64,000 nt of DNA from Mobula hypostoma (Eukaryota): contig NC_086124.1 of assembly GCF_963921235.1 (NCBI RefSeq), forward strand, positions 22,940,001 to 23,004,000, read 5' to 3'. The position numbers were made by a program, and so were the translations under genes. Positions 25,608 to 39,801 of the stretch are shown piece by piece (position 1 is the stretch's first letter; each line of letters begins with the position of its first letter). The notes under the pieces are model-generated. The model was not told the origin of the DNA. It was given only the letters and a program-made list of their open reading frames with translations, and did not search any database.

Positions 25608-26309
25608 TTGTTTCTACTGACAGGAGAAGGGGCAAAAGCGGGTTACTGGTGCCTTAAAGACAGTCGCTTCAGGCAGATAGGGCTTCACAGCTGTGGCGGG
25701 CAGTTCATCTGGGAGAAGGAAAACTCTGATCTCAAACCTCTGCTGATTTGCGGCTATATCTTCTCACGGGGAAGGCTTCGGGAGTAAACCCCGAGGGGGG
25801 GATAAACCTGGCGCTGGAGTCCCGACGTTGAGTTCAACGCGGACTGGCGACTCCTGTGCCAAACTGTATCGGTCTCTGCCTTTTGTTTGGCTTCGTCAGC
25901 TGCGGGGGGAGGGGGAGCCTCCCGCATGGGTGTTCTTCATGTCGTACTGTTCCCTGGCTTGCCGATCACGTAGGCTGCGTGCTGGACTCCGGCCAACAGG
26001 GGGCCTCGAAGAAGGAGTATATACATGCAGACCTTTCCCCCTCAGGTTGGGTGGGACTAGAGGTCATGGGTTAATGGGGAAAGCTAAAAAATTTAAGGGG
26101 AACTTCTTCAATCAGAGGCTGGTGGACATGTAGACAAGGGATAGAGGGCATCCAGAGTCACTGCCTCTGCTCTGTGCTCGACGGCGTGGATGGGTGACAA
26201 AGGACATCTATGGGGATCGTGCTGACCTAGGTTAGTGGGCCCCAGGGTTGGGCATGAGGACTGGTCAGTTGGTGAGCTTGGAGTTCGAGGTGCCGTCATC
26301 GGCTAGCTT

Positions 26310-26348
<39 letters not shown>

Positions 26349-29300
26349 AAGTGGTTTGTGTTGTGTTGTGTTGCTGGTTCGTCGTTTGCTGTGTTCTCTG
26401 TTCTGCCGAGCATTGTGGGCGTGCTACATTGGCGCCAGAATGCATGGCGACATTTGCCGGCTCACCCTCAGCACCCCCTCGGGTTCAAAGCTCAAAGTAA
26501 ATTCATTATTGAAGTACATGTATGTCACCATATACAGCCCTAAGATTCATTTCCTTTTGGGCATACTCGATAAATCCATAATAGATTAATAACAATAATA
26601 GTAGTAGTAGGCAACTGTCAATCCCAGGGAAGCATGGGTTTTTGTCTCTGGTCAACTGTGTCCTCTCCAGGATGAAGCCTGGGCGGGAAGATTTGAAGAA
26701 CTGGCTGTTGCCCATGCGGTGGCTTCCCCTCTCCACGTCACTGGGTGGGTCTTGGGGTGTAGTCCAAGGGAAGGGCAAGCACTGGTACAGCCTGGCACCA
26801 GTGTCGTTGCAGAGGTTGCCAGAATGAAGTCGTAAACGACATCAAACTGCCTTAGGGACCCTGGCTCTGGATTTCTCCCTCGGGGTTTACTCCCGAAGCC
26901 CTTCCCATGGGTGGATATGGCGGCAAGGCAGCAGAGGTGTGAACTCAGAGCTTCCCTTCTCCTTGGCTGCTGATGAGCCCCACCTACCCGAAGCAACTGG
27001 TTTTAAGGCGCCAGTGGTCCACCATTGCCCCTTGTTAGTAGAAACAGTTCTGCTGGGCCTAGTAGCTAAGCCACTCGTGAAGGCCAAGAGTTGGACTTGG
27101 TTGTCAGAGGCTGTTAGAGGTGCACACCATTTGGAGCACTTTATAGGTAGTGGGAGCTTATCCCTGCTACCACCCCCGGCTCTGACAACCTTAGGAACCA
27201 ATAACCATGATAGAACCAGTGAAAGTTTACACAAACTTGGGCGTTCAACCGATGTGTAAAATACAACAAAACTCTGCAAGTACACAAAGAAATAATATCA
27301 ATAAATAAATTAGCAATAAATAGCATGACATGAAGATTCCTTGAAAGTGAGTCCATAGGTTGTGGGAACATTTCATTGATGGGGGCAAATGAAGTTATCC
27401 CCTTTGGTTCAAGAGCTGATGGTTGAGGGATAATAACTGTTCCTGAACCTGGTGGTGCGAGTCCTGAAGCTCCTGTACCTCCTTGCTGATGGCAGCAGCG
27501 AGAAGAGAGCATCTCCTGGGTGCTGAGGGTCCTTCAGTGATGGATACTGCTGTCCTCCAACAGCAGTTCACATGGACGTGCTCAATGGTGGGGAGGGCTT
27601 TACCCGTGAGGGGCTGGTTTGAATCGACTACATCTTTGTGCGATTTCCCGTTCAAGGGCATTAGTGTCTCCATACCGGGCCGTGATGCAGCCAGTCATTA
27701 TACTCTCCAGAAGTTTGTCAAGGTGTCATGCTGAATCTGTGCAAACTACTGTGGAAGTAGAGGTGCTGGCTGTGCTTTCTTCGGAATTGAACTTGCGTGC
27801 CGGGCCCAGGACGGGTGCTCTGAAATAATAACACCAAGGAACTTCAAAGTTGCTGACCCTCTCCACTGCTGATCTGCCAATGAGGACCAGCTCATGGACC
27901 TCCGGTTTCCTTGTCCTGAGGTCAGTAATCAGCTCCGTGGTCTTGCTGACACAGAGTGAGAGGTCGTCGTTGTGTCACCACTCAGCCAGATTTTCAGTCT
28001 CCCTCCCCGATTCGTCGCCACCTCTGATTTGGCCAACGACAGTGGTGTTGTCAGCAAGCTTGAATATGGCATTGGAGTTGTGCTTAGCCACACAGTCATA
28101 AGTGCAGAGTAGAGCTGGGGGCTAAGCACGCTGCCTTGTGCTGGCCCTGCGCTGGTGGAGATCATAGAAGAGATGTGTGATCAAAGAACCTAAATTCGAA
28201 TCTTGAACTGGAACAAGCTGCCGTTGAAAGTGGTGGATGCGAGTTCAGCTACAATACTTTAGAGAAGTTTGCATACTTTATACTTCATTGTCGCCAAACA
28301 GTTGTTACTAGAACGTGCAATCATCACAGCGATATGTGATTCTGCGCTTCCCACTCCTGGATTACAAATATTAAATATTAATAATATTAAAATAGTAAAA
28401 TTTAGTAAATATTAAAAATTTAAATTATAGATCATAAATAGAAAAAGGGAAAGTAAGGTAGTGCAAAAAAACCGAGAAGCAGGTCCGGGTATTTGGAGGG
28501 TCCGGCCCAGATCCGGGTCAGGATCTGTTCAGCAGTCTCATCACAGTTGGAAAGAAGCTGTTCCGAAATCTGGCCGTAGGAGTCTTCAAGCTCCTGAGCC
28601 TTCTTCCGGAGGGAAGAGGGATGAAAAGTGTGTTGGCTGGGTGGGTCGTGTCTTTTGTTACCCTGGCAGCACTGCTCCGACACGTGCGGTGTAAAGTGAG
28701 TCCACGGACGGATAGGTACATGGATGGGAGAGGGAGGCGTGCAGGTCGATGGGACTAGGCAGGAAAACAAGTCAGGATAGACTAGATGGGTGAATGGCCT
28801 GCTTCTGTGCTCTTCTGCTCTGTGACTGAACACTGAACTGATTCCTGAACTTATGGACTCACTTCCAAGGAATCAAAGATTCAAAGTGCATTTATTATCA
28901 AAGAATAAACTTGAGTCTTTTTTGCTTACTGGCCGTCACAAAGCAAGGAACCTGAAAGAACCCATGTAGAAGAAGAAGAAGAAGAAGAAAGAAACCAACC
29001 CCCAGTGCCCACACAGAAGGGGAAGAAAAAAAAACAAAACAAATCACGCAAACAATAGAAATGAGCAATAACAACAGCATTTCGAACCAAATTGAGTCCT
29101 TGGATCCAAATCCCCAGAGCAACCTGGAGTAGGCCCAAAGCCCAAACCCAGTTCATCACATTAGCGGGGCAAATCACCGCAAAATTCGCAGACATGAAGC
29201 ACTGCAGCCCGGGGCAGTCTCACACACAGCCTTGGCATTACGGAGAGAGAAGCCCCCAGCCTATATGGGCCGGCGTTTAAATTGTCCGAACCTCGCACTA

Positions 29301-30452
29301 GAGCCTATCCCTGCCACAGCGAATCTCTCCAGGTCTGAATTTTGCTGCTGGGGAAGCTGTTCTCGACCTCCGCACACCTCAGCACCCAGAACGATCCTAC
29401 CTCACCCGACACCCTACCCTCTGGTCTATCTGGGCTGGCATTTAGATTCTCCAAACAGTGGATTGTACCTCGCATTAGGACCCGGGCCTCGCCGTGGCGA
29501 ATTGCTCCAGGCCTAGAACAGGCCACCCAGCGATTCGCTTTGGACCTGGATTTCGCTGCCGAAGAAACCAAACCTCGACCTTTCCAAATCGGCTCGGCAC
29601 TTGGATAGATCCACCCTCCCACCCAAGCCAGCTGGATGGGCATCGGAACACCTCTGCCCCGTCTTCTCCCTCCGAAACATCCACTCCAACTCCCAAGTGC
29701 ATCGATTTTCCAGCAGACCTGCGGGGCACATCCTGTGAATTCACTTATAGCCTTCGCTCACTTCTTCATTGTTTGCGGTGATAGTTCACCACAATTTACT
29801 TCTTTAAAAAAAGTGTTATTAATAATAGTTTTAATTACGTTGCTTTCGAACTGCCGGTGAGCTGTTGCACATCTTCAGTAGTGCCATCTTAAACCAGAGG
29901 TTCTACAACACGTTCTCAATATTATTTATTATGCATTTCGTCGTCTGCGTACTTAGTTTCCTTTTGCACATTGGTTGTTTGTTTGTCTTTGTGTGTAGTT
30001 TTTCATTGATTAATTCTGTTATATTTTGTTTATCTACTGTGAATGCCTACAGGAAAATGAAACTTAGAGTAGTGTATGGTGATGGATACGTTCCTTAGTA
30101 ATAAATTTACTTAATTGGCTAATCGTTGGAGTCCATGGCATACAGAATGTTGGGAACCCCTTTGAACTTTGACCCGCTGACTCTAAGCTGCCTTTGAGTC
30201 TGGTGGTACTTTGTATCGTGGGAGATGGGGGAGAAGAGAATGTCCTGGGTGGGAAGGGGGTCTCTCCTTATGCTGGCTGCTTTACCAAGGCAGTGGGAAC
30301 TGTAGACAGCGTTCGTGGAGTTGGGGGGGACTGGTTTCCGTGATGGACTGTGCTGTGTCTCCAACTTGCTGGAGAGAGAGGGGAAGGGAAAATGTGAACT
30401 TCCTCCGTAAATAAACACAGCCTGACCACTGGCGCCTTGCTCTGTTGCACAG

Positions 30453-30653
30453 TGAGGAGGAGGAGGAAGCCAGAGGACAGCGGGGAGAAGGCGCCGCGTG
30501 CCGACAAGGAGGTCTGCGGGACGCAGGCCTCGGTGGAAGATCGTGAGAGACCATCGCGGCAGGGGGGGCCACCGCTGGCTCGGGATCCGCTGAGGTGGTT
30601 CGGGGTCCTGGTGCCGCACAGCCTGAGGCTCGCTCAGGCCTCTTTCAAAGAGG
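30453..30653 (+). CDS. CCDC115: CCDC115 exon 4
   Basis: gcacag|TG AGG...GAG G|gtgagt; (V)RRRRKPED...RDPLRWFGVLVPHSLRLAQASFKE contains the hallmark DPLxWFGxLVPxSLRxAQ motif. Confidence 0.95.
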
Positions 30654-31622
30654 GTGAGTGGTCTGAGACGCGGGCAAGGGGTGGCGAGGGCTGGGCTCTG
30701 GGAACTGGGGCTGTGGAGACGAGGCGGGGGTAACGATCAGAGGAGAACGAGTATGGCACAGAAATGGCAAGGAGGGAATGGGGAGGAGAGTGAGGAAAGG
30801 ACGAAGCGGGCTGCGGGGAGGCAGATTTGAGGATAGAAGATGGATGGAGGGAATCCGTGAGGAAAGTATGGCAAAGCAAGGAAATGAGATGGGGAGGGGT
30901 TAGCTGGTGGTTTGTAGGGGGGAAGAGAGCGGCAGGGTCAGGTGCATGGTGGGGAAGAGGATGGGATTTGAGCTGGTGGTCTTTGGGGAGGAGGGAGGGT
31001 GGGCAACATGGGCTTTGGGGAAAGGCAATGCCAGCCAACTTCCTTGAACCACTCACCGACAAGAGTCCATCAGACTGCTCATCGTCTGGAATGAGATGGG
31101 AAGGAATTTCCTCAACTGTCATGCCCTTCACTCCCTGGCCACAGCTCTTCCCCTCTCCCCTGGGCTGTTACTGTTGTAATACGTGGTTATTTGAGTTACT
31201 GTCACCTTCTTGTCAGCTTGAACGAGTCTGGCCATTCTCCTCTGGCCTCTCTCATCAACAAGGTGTTTTCGCCCACAGAACTGCCACTTACTGGCCGTAT
31301 TTTATTTTTGGGACCAATCTCTGTAAACTCTAGAGACTGTTCTGTATGACAATCCCAGGAGATGGGCAGTTTCTGAGATACTCAAACCACCCCATCTGGC
31401 ACCAATAGTCATTCCATGGTCAAAGTCAGTTAGATCACATTTCTTCCCCCATTCTGATATTTGGTCTGAACAACAACTGAATCTCTTGACCATGCCTGAG
31501 TGTCTTTGTACATTGAGTTGTTGCCACATGATTGGCTGATCAGATATTTGCAGGTGTAACTAATAAAGTGGTCACTGAAAATGTTCTCTCTCTCTCTCTC
31601 TTTGCCCCCACTGCCCGGTCAG

Positions 31623-31738
31623 TTATGGAGCTAGCAGCTGAGGTGGCCACTCTCCAGAGCAGAATCTCAAACACCAAATCACGGTACCGGGACCTCCTGC
31701 GGCAGAAACAGGAGCTGGCAGAGCGGCCGAGCCGATGA
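31623..31738 (+). CDS. CCDC115: CCDC115 exon 5 (last coding exon)
   Basis: ggtcag|TT ATG GAG; (V)MELAAEVATLQSRISNTKSRYRDLLRQKQELAERPSR*; total CDS 678 nt, 225 aa. Confidence 0.9.
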
Positions 31739-34700
31739 CGGAAGGGCTCTGCGCCCCCCCTGCATCCGCTGCACCAGGTCCCTCACTCCCATCCTCCAGC
31801 CACAGGGATGGTGAATCCCACTCTGGAAAAGTCTCAGTCCCGGTGAACATCAGCTGTGGAGGACCCATGTCATGTACATTTCACCAGAGTTACGCCAAAG
31901 ACAAGGACTCGAATGGAAAAATCGAAGGGGTGGGATGGGGTGTGCGTAGATTGGAACTGTAATGGATTCACATGCAGTGTGTCTGTAATCTGAGTTTAAA
32001 CAGAGGCTACCTTTTTTCTGGTGTACTGAGATTCATAACTCGGGGCGCTTCTCGAGTGGGGCAATGCGCCCAAAAGTGCTGGAGGAATTCGGCAGGTTGG
32101 GCAGCAGCTGGGGAGGGGAATAAACAGTCGATATTTTGGGCCAAGACCCTTCTTCAGGACTGGGAAGGAAGGAGTGAAGCCAGCATAAGAAGGTGGGGGG
32201 AAGGGGGAGGAGTACAGGCTGGCAGGTGATGGGTGAGGACGAAGATGAGCAGGGGGAGCGGCTTTATCGTCATTTTGCAGCAGCAGTACAGTGTAGGTGT
32301 AAGAAATTACTGTGTCACAGTACAAAATAAACAAATATTGCAAAATAATGCAAGGTGGTGTTGATGGGGTCACGGACCGTGCAGAAATCTGACGGCAGGG
32401 AGACAGTAGCTGTTCCTAAAACGTTGAGTGTGTGCCTTCATGCCCCTGTGCCACCTCCCTGCTGGTGGTAACAAGAAGAGGGCACGGCCTGAGTGATGGG
32501 AATCCTGCAAGATCGATGCCGTGCTTTGAAGATGTCCTCGATGTTGGGGAGGCTGGTGCCTGCCATGGAGCTGGCTGTCTATTTCTTATTTTATTTAGAG
32601 AAAGAGTGAGGAGAAGGCCTTTCCGGCCCAGCGAGCCACACAGTTCACAACCCTGTCTAACACAGGACAATTTACAATGTCCAATAAAACTGTCTTTGGA
32701 GTGTGGGGGCAATCGGGAGCAGTCAGAGGAAACCCAGGCGGTTCAGAGGGAGAACGTAGAGACTGTGCCGGAATTGAACTCCGGGTTTCCCACGAGCCGT
32801 AATAGCGTCACGCTAACCGCTACCATGGCGTCTACAACCCTCTGCAGTCTCTTAAGTTCTTGCGTATTGGCGCCTCCATGCCAGTAAATGGTATGAAGTA
32901 AGAAGCTGGGAGGTGATAGGTGGAAGAAGTAAAGGGCTGAAGAACAATGAATCTAATTGGTGAGGAAAATGGATGGCGAAGTAATGAGTAAACAAATTAT
33001 GGAAAACTTTAGTGGTCCGTTCTCTCCCTGATGAAGTGGCCACTGAGTGTAAGTTCATGGTCTTCTGCTGCTGCAGCTCACCCAGTTCATAGCTTGACAT
33101 GGTGTGCGTTCAGAGATGCTCTTCTGCACACCACTGTTGTAACGTGTGGTTATTTGAGCTACTGTCACTTTCCTGTCAGCTTGAACCAGTCTGGGGTTTC
33201 TCCTCGGACCGCTCTCATTAACCAGGTGTTTTCCCCCCACAGGATCGCAGCCCACTGTACGTTTTTGTTCCTGGCACCATTCTCTGTAAACTCTACAGAC
33301 AGTTGTGTGAAAATCCCAAGAGATCAGCACTTTCTAAGATACTCTAACCACCCTGTCTGGCAGTAACAATCATCCCACGGTTGAAGTCACTTAAGTCACA
33401 TTTCTTCCCCCATCTTGATGTTTGGTCTGCACAACAACTGAACCTCTTGACCATGTCGGCGTGCTTTTTTGCATTGAGTAGCTGCCATATGATTGGCTGA
33501 TTAGATATTTGCATTAACAATTATATACAAGTGTATATAATTGTGATATATAAATAAATGAACAATGAGTAATGAATGAATGAGTGGGGGACAGGGCAGG
33601 AAACACAACAAGCCCCCCGCCCTCACCCCCACCCTCTCAACAGTTTCCAGTCAGGTACTCCAAGGGTGAGACACAGACTGAAGCTCCCTCTACATCATCC
33701 CGTCAACATCCTTGGAAGTGAGACGGGCAGAGGGTGAAGCCCTCACTGCACCCGGTCTCGAAGAGCACCGAGCTCCCGATGGCATTCCTCGCCGGGCTGG
33801 CTTCAGTGTCACACCACCAATTAAACACCAGGTGTTGGGACACCTCCGTCCCTGTGTCGGCACAGGAGAGGAAGACAACCCTTTGCAGAGGACACTACAA
33901 CCTTTTATTAGCAACGTAGTTGTGAGGTTACAGCATGGCAGCGGACAATGCTCGTGGAATTACACACGCAAAAAAATGCTGGAGGAACTCAGTTGGGCAC
34001 CATCTATGGAGGGGGAATAGATAGTTGTCTGTAGAATCTCGTGCTTGTGGAGTTGCTGCTGTCGGATTTAATTTTGGAGGCGTTTTCATCTGTTCACGGC
34101 AATAACAAATATATCCCAAACCCAGATTACTTTGAACTGGTGCGACCTTGGTGGCAAATGCACTTGTTCTGTCTGTGTTGTCGAATGAGTCCCAGCCAGG
34201 ACGCGTGGAGAAGGGGCGTAGAGAGGAAGGGTTGGCGCTCCCGCTAGATCAATGCAGTGCGTAAGCCACCTCGTGTCGGCGGTGCGGTTGGGTCCTGTGG
34301 TAATGGACCTTGCACTCGGATAATGCAGGTTCACTTGGAGAACCGCTCTGTGCTGAGACTGGCTGCAGTCTGCCCTTCCCACGTTCAAAGTCACAACGAT
34401 GAGGTCAGGGGAGCAGAGATTTGCACACGATCTGTAAAGGTGACGGGAGGGAGTTTCTTGCATTGACAGGGAGCTTTTAATTTTAATTACTTGATTTAGA
34501 GATACAGCACTGAACAGACACTTCTAGCCCAATGAATCTCGACTAGCAAACCCACCGACTTAACCCTAGCCTAATCACAGAACAATTCACAATGACCAAT
34601 TAACCTGATAACCGGTGCGTCTTTGGACTGTGGGAGGAAACCAGAGCACCTGGAGGAAACCTACGTGCACACAGGAAGAACGTACAAACTCTTTACAGAC

Positions 34701-34789
34701 GCCACTGGGATTGAACTCTGAATTGCAGAACACCCTGAGCTGTGATAGCATCACAATATCAAAGAAAAACGGCATTTTGTAAATTTTTG

Positions 34790-34795
34790 TTTATT
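34790..34795 (-). terminator. Candidate ALAS2 polyadenylation signal (AATAAA on minus strand)
   Basis: TTTATT on plus, ~765 nt past the stop codon; the first canonical hexamer I noticed downstream of the stop. Confidence 0.4.
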
Positions 34796-35558
34796 GTTAC
34801 TGAGTCTTTACAGCGAGTGTCAGGGAACATAATTTTTGTTCAGTTAAGGTTTTAAATCGCTGTAGCGGTCCAGAAAGCTGAGCTGTGTGAATCGGTTATA
34901 TGGTGTGTGGAACTATATTGAGTGTATGCAGTTGTGTGGATATTTGAAAATAGTGGATTGAGTTCTTCAGTATGGTGGCCAACCTTGGAGGAGTGGTGGG
35001 AAAGAGACCTTGAGGTGGTCGGAATTGTCCAGGACCGCCGCGGCTCTTTGCGTGCACGGGAAAAACGGCTGACAGGGTGTGACCTCGGGATAACACTGGT
35101 GCTTAAGTGAGACATACGGGTAAGAGTAGCATGTTACACTGATGCTGTGGGGATGTGGGCGGGGTGTGTCGGTGTTACTGTGAGGGGTGAGGGGTGTGTT
35201 GGTAATACAGTGAGGGGTGCAGTTGAGGAGTGGGGGGGGTGTTGGTGTTATAGTGAGGGGTGTATAGTCATCAAAGATCTCACCACTGAAGGAGTGGACG
35301 TTGTCATCAGATTTCGATGGACAACTGAAGAGAGGGGTGTGGAGTGTGGGGTGGGTTGGTATTACATTGAGGGGTGTGTCGGTGTTACAGCGAGTGGCGT
35401 CGGTGTGTTGGTGTTCTGGAGAGGTGTGTGGGGTGTGTCGGTATAACAGTGAAGGGAATATGTCATGTAGGCGTTACAGCGAGGGGTTTGGCTTTTATAA
35501 TTTGTCCAGGACTCATTGTTTTCATTGTTTGCCCGGACCAAAGTGCTTGAGCTGTGGT

Positions 35559-35722
35559 TCAGGCGCGTGCTGTGATGTACTGGCCCTCTGGTCCACCGAA
35601 GTAGCTGCGCTCCCATTCACTCATCAGCTCGAAGTGCAGGGGCCGTTGGCAGAAGCTGCAGGCCGTCGGGGACAGGTGTTGGATGGGCAGGCCTAGGTCC
35701 TTCCAGACACCCACCAGGCAGT
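35559..35722 (-). CDS. ALAS2: ALAS2 exon 11 (last coding exon)
   Basis: tttcag|AC TGC; (D)CLVGVWKDLGLPIQHLSPTACSFCQRPLHFELMSEWERSYFGGPEGQYITARA*. ELMSEWERSYFG..QY is ALAS2-type rather than ALAS1-type; CXXC motif present. Confidence 0.96.
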
Positions 35723-37733
35723 CTGAAACAAGAGACCGTTGATCGTTACCAGGAGTGATCGGTGAAGCAGTTAGAAACGGCGGCAGTGTGCAGGTCAACT
35801 TGCAGGTTGAGTTGGTGGTGAGGGAGGCAAATGCAATGTCAGCATTCATTTCAAGGGGGACTGGACTATAAAAGGGGACGTAACGTTGAGGCTTTATAAA
35901 GCACATTGAACAGTTTTTGACTCCTTTCCTAAGAAAGGTTATGCTGGTTTGGAGAGATCCAGGGGCAGTTCATGAGAGTGATTCCAGGAATGAAAAGAAG
36001 TACTTGATGGCTCTGCGTCTGTACTTGCTGGAGTTTAGAAGACTGAGGGAGGAGGATCTCAATGAAACCTAAAAAATATTGAAAGGACTAGATAGAGTGG
36101 AGGGGTTATTTCGTATAGTGGGGGAGTCTGGGAGAAGAAGGACGTCCCTTTAGAACAGAGATGAGGAGCAATTACTTTAGCCAAATTGCAGTGAATCTGT
36201 GGAATTCATTGCCACAGACAGCTGTAGAGGCCAAGTCATTGGGTATACATATTTAAAGTGGAGTTTGATACACAGGTTCTTGGATAATCCAAGTACTTGG
36301 GAGTTTTATGAGCAGTTTTGTGCTCCTTATCTAAGAAAGGATGTGTTGGCATTGGAGAAGATCCGGGGAGAATTGAATATTGAAAGGCGTAGATAGAGTG
36401 GGCGTGGAGAGGATGTTTCCTATAGTCATAGTCATACTTTATTGATCCCGGGGGAAATTCATTTTCGTTACAGTTGCCCCAACCAAGAATAGAGTATAAA
36501 TTATGAATAGAGAATAGACTATAGTGGGTGAATCTAGCACCAGAGGGCACAGCTTCAGAATAGAGGGATGTCCTTTTAGCTAGAGGGCGGTGAATCCGTG
36601 GAATTCATTGTCACTGAGGGCAGATCAGGCCAAGTTATTGGGTATATTTAAAGTGAAGTTTGATAGGTTCTTTATTAGTCAGGGCATCAAAGGTTGCGGG
36701 GAATAGGCAGGAGCCTGAGAGGGATAATAAATCAACTATGATGGAATGGCAGAGCAGACTCAATGGGCCAAATGGTCTGTTTTACTCCTATGTCAAGAAA
36801 AGTGACCAGAACTGAACAGTCAGAGTTGAAAAGAACAAAGGCACAAAACCGGGGGCAGAGACTATAGAGCAATGTTGGTTGTAGCTTTCGACCAGAGCCA
36901 ATAAGAAGTTGACCCAGGTAGCTCAGGTGACCTGGAGCCTACAGGATGGAAATGTTTTGAAAATCATTTGAAATGATGAGGAACACTATAAGAGTTAGGA
37001 CCTTCAAATGCACCTGAAACCAACCATCATGAAAGTTGAGCCCCCCGCGGACACGTGGAGATCGGAGCAGGACCACGAGGAACACATGGCCAGCATAGGC
37101 TCCTGCTACTGGTGTTAACTCTTCTGTTCTGTGACTGTTTATGGAGGACCGGGAGAGCTTAGTAGGGTATGCACACGGGTACTGGGTTGTGTAAATTCAC
37201 GTGCCCTTCCAATGAGACACGAAGGGTACTTGCCGGTAATTGCAGATTCTCTCTGTGCCTCTCTGATCATATTACTAAGCGGCGGATCCTAGTAACAGTT
37301 GCCACTTGATTGACAGGTTAGATATTAGCAATAACGAGCAGGTGTACCCAATAAAGCGGCCACTGAGAGAAGTATAGCAGAAGATTTTGGGCCGAAGACC
37401 GGTTCCTGTAGTCTGCTGTTCTACGACTATGTGAGGAATGGAGGGACATGGACGGGACGGGATTTGGTTCAATTCAGCTTCGCATTCGGCACAGACATGA
37501 TAGGCTGGAGGGCCTATCTCGGCTATGTTTCAAGATTGCTGCCTCCTCGCATATCGCAGGGCCTCCCCCCCCCACCCCCAGTGTGGTGAAAAGGGGCAAG
37601 ATCTCAAGCTGGCGAAAGCTGGTCACTGTCTGCCCCCTCTGCCGGCACTCCCTCCACGTTCAGCGGCTCGTCAGAGTTCAGAAACTCCCGCCCCCCACCC
37701 ATACACCCAATGCCACGGTTTCCCGTCACTCAC

Positions 37734-37896
37734 CCACGAAGCGGCCCATCATGTGGGGCTGGTGGTGCGGGGAAGGAGCCAGCCGCAGCAGCTCCTCCCC
37801 GCGGGGCACTGTCGGGTAGTTGATGGCCTGGATGTAGATGCCGTGTTGGCTTAGGAGGACGTCAGAGATCTTCGTGTTCTTGGCGGCATCTCCCAC
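37734..37896 (-). CDS. ALAS2: ALAS2 exon 10
   Basis: cgaaag|GTG GGA...GTG G|gtgagt; [54 protein letters not shown]; 163 nt. Confidence 0.96.
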
Positions 37897-39801
37897 CTTT
37901 CGGGACAAACAGCGGCCGGTTAAAGACAGCGCCATTCCGCCCCCATTCCTCCCCAGACCTTCCCCACCCCGCGTGGATGCTGGTTCGGGTCCTAGAAGTA
38001 TCTAGTCTTGGCACGGTAGCGTAGTGGTTAGCGTAATGTTTCACAACACCAGCGATCAGGGTTCAAATCCCGCCGCTCTCTGTAGGGAATTAGCACGATC
38101 TCTCCATGGCCGCGTGGGTTTCCTCCGGGCTTCCATCCACATTCCAAAGGTCCATATGTTAGGGATGGAAAGTTGTGGGTATGCTACGCTGACGCCAGGA
38201 GCTGCGCGACACTTGCGGGCTGCCACCCGGCACATCGACACATTTCACTCTACATTTCGATGTGCATGTGGCAGATGAAGCTAATCTTTGGGTGTGCAGT
38301 GAGGTTGTTAAAGCGGGGGGTGGCAATGGGGAGACAAGCTCCCACTATCTGTTAAATGCTCCCAGTGGCGTGCGTCTCAGGTAGTCTCTGACAAACTAGT
38401 CCAGCTCCTGGCCTTCACGTGTGCCTTAGCTACTAGGTCCGGCACAACTGTTTCTATTGACAGGAGAAAGAGAAGAGCAAAGGCGGGTCACTGGCGCCCT
38501 AAAACCAGTCACTCCGGGCAGATGAAGCTCGTCAGCCGTGGTTGGCAGCTCATCAATCAAGGAGAAGGAAAACTCTGATTTTAAACCTCCGCTGCCTTGC
38601 GGCTATACTCACTCATGGGGAAGGCTTCGGGAGGAAACCATGAGGGAAAAAATCTGGAGCTGAAATCCCTACAGCGATCCTACGCTGAGTTCAAAACTGA
38701 CTGGCAACTCCTGTGACGCGGCGGGTACCAAACTATATCGGTCTGTGCCGTTCCCTTGGGTTTAGATGTGTGAAGAGTGGGAGCTTGCTACACGGGCAAC
38801 AGCTCGCTCGCCATATCGTACTGCCCAGGCTTGTGTAGGCAACTAGGAAGCAACATCCACGGTCATTATGACTAACAGCGGCCTCACTCACCGTGAGATG
38901 AGACGATCCGGATGTTCAGCTTTGGGTCAGTCTCTCCCAGTACCATTGCTGTTTTCTACACAGGGGAAGTCCCCACGTTAAGAGAGGGCGCAGTAATTAA
39001 TTGTAACCCCAAAACTTGGCCTATCGCAAGCAAACTGCGGAACGGACAGCAAGACTGAATATCCACGGGCGGCTCTGCTAGTTGGGATGTGAGGAACACA
39101 CAAACCTCATAAAGACAGCGGCGGGAATTGAACCCGGGTCTCCTGAGCTGTAAAGTGATTGCGCTAACCACTACGCTACCATGCCCCACCTCAAAGGGGT
39201 GGTGGTGGTGGCGGGGGGTGGGGGGGGGGAAGCTATTTTTCACTGATTACCCAAGTGCGACCCGTTACTGGTTATTGGTGAGATCACCTCAGTTTGGTGT
39301 TCCTGGTTATCGATGAGATTATCGTATATCCCGGTTAACGATGAGGTTACCACATCTCCTGGTTATCCCATGAGCTTATACTGGTACTGGCTAACCAGGT
39401 TCTACAGTGAGATTTCTCCAGCGTGTATCGCTGGACTTATAGGACGATATCAGCCCGATATCTCCGGCTGTATGGAGAAGGAGAGATGGCAGCCACTGGC
39501 ACCCGGAGTTACACAGAGAACGCTGTAGAGTCTCAGCGGGTCAGGCAGCATCCGCAGGGGAAGAAAAATCTGAGACCTTTCACCTGGACTGACCTGGATG
39601 GTCTCGGCCTGAAAAATGAAATAGCCGTCCACTTCCTTCCATGGACGCTGCCCAACTCGGGGATCACCACCGGCGCTCTGAGTGTTTAACCCCGGTTGTT
39701 GGTGAGATTGCCCAGGCCCGGTGTCTCCGGTTACGGGCGCGAGGTCCCCCATCCACCCCACTTCCCCAACCCCGGGCGTTGTAATGGCGCACCGCACTCA
39801 C

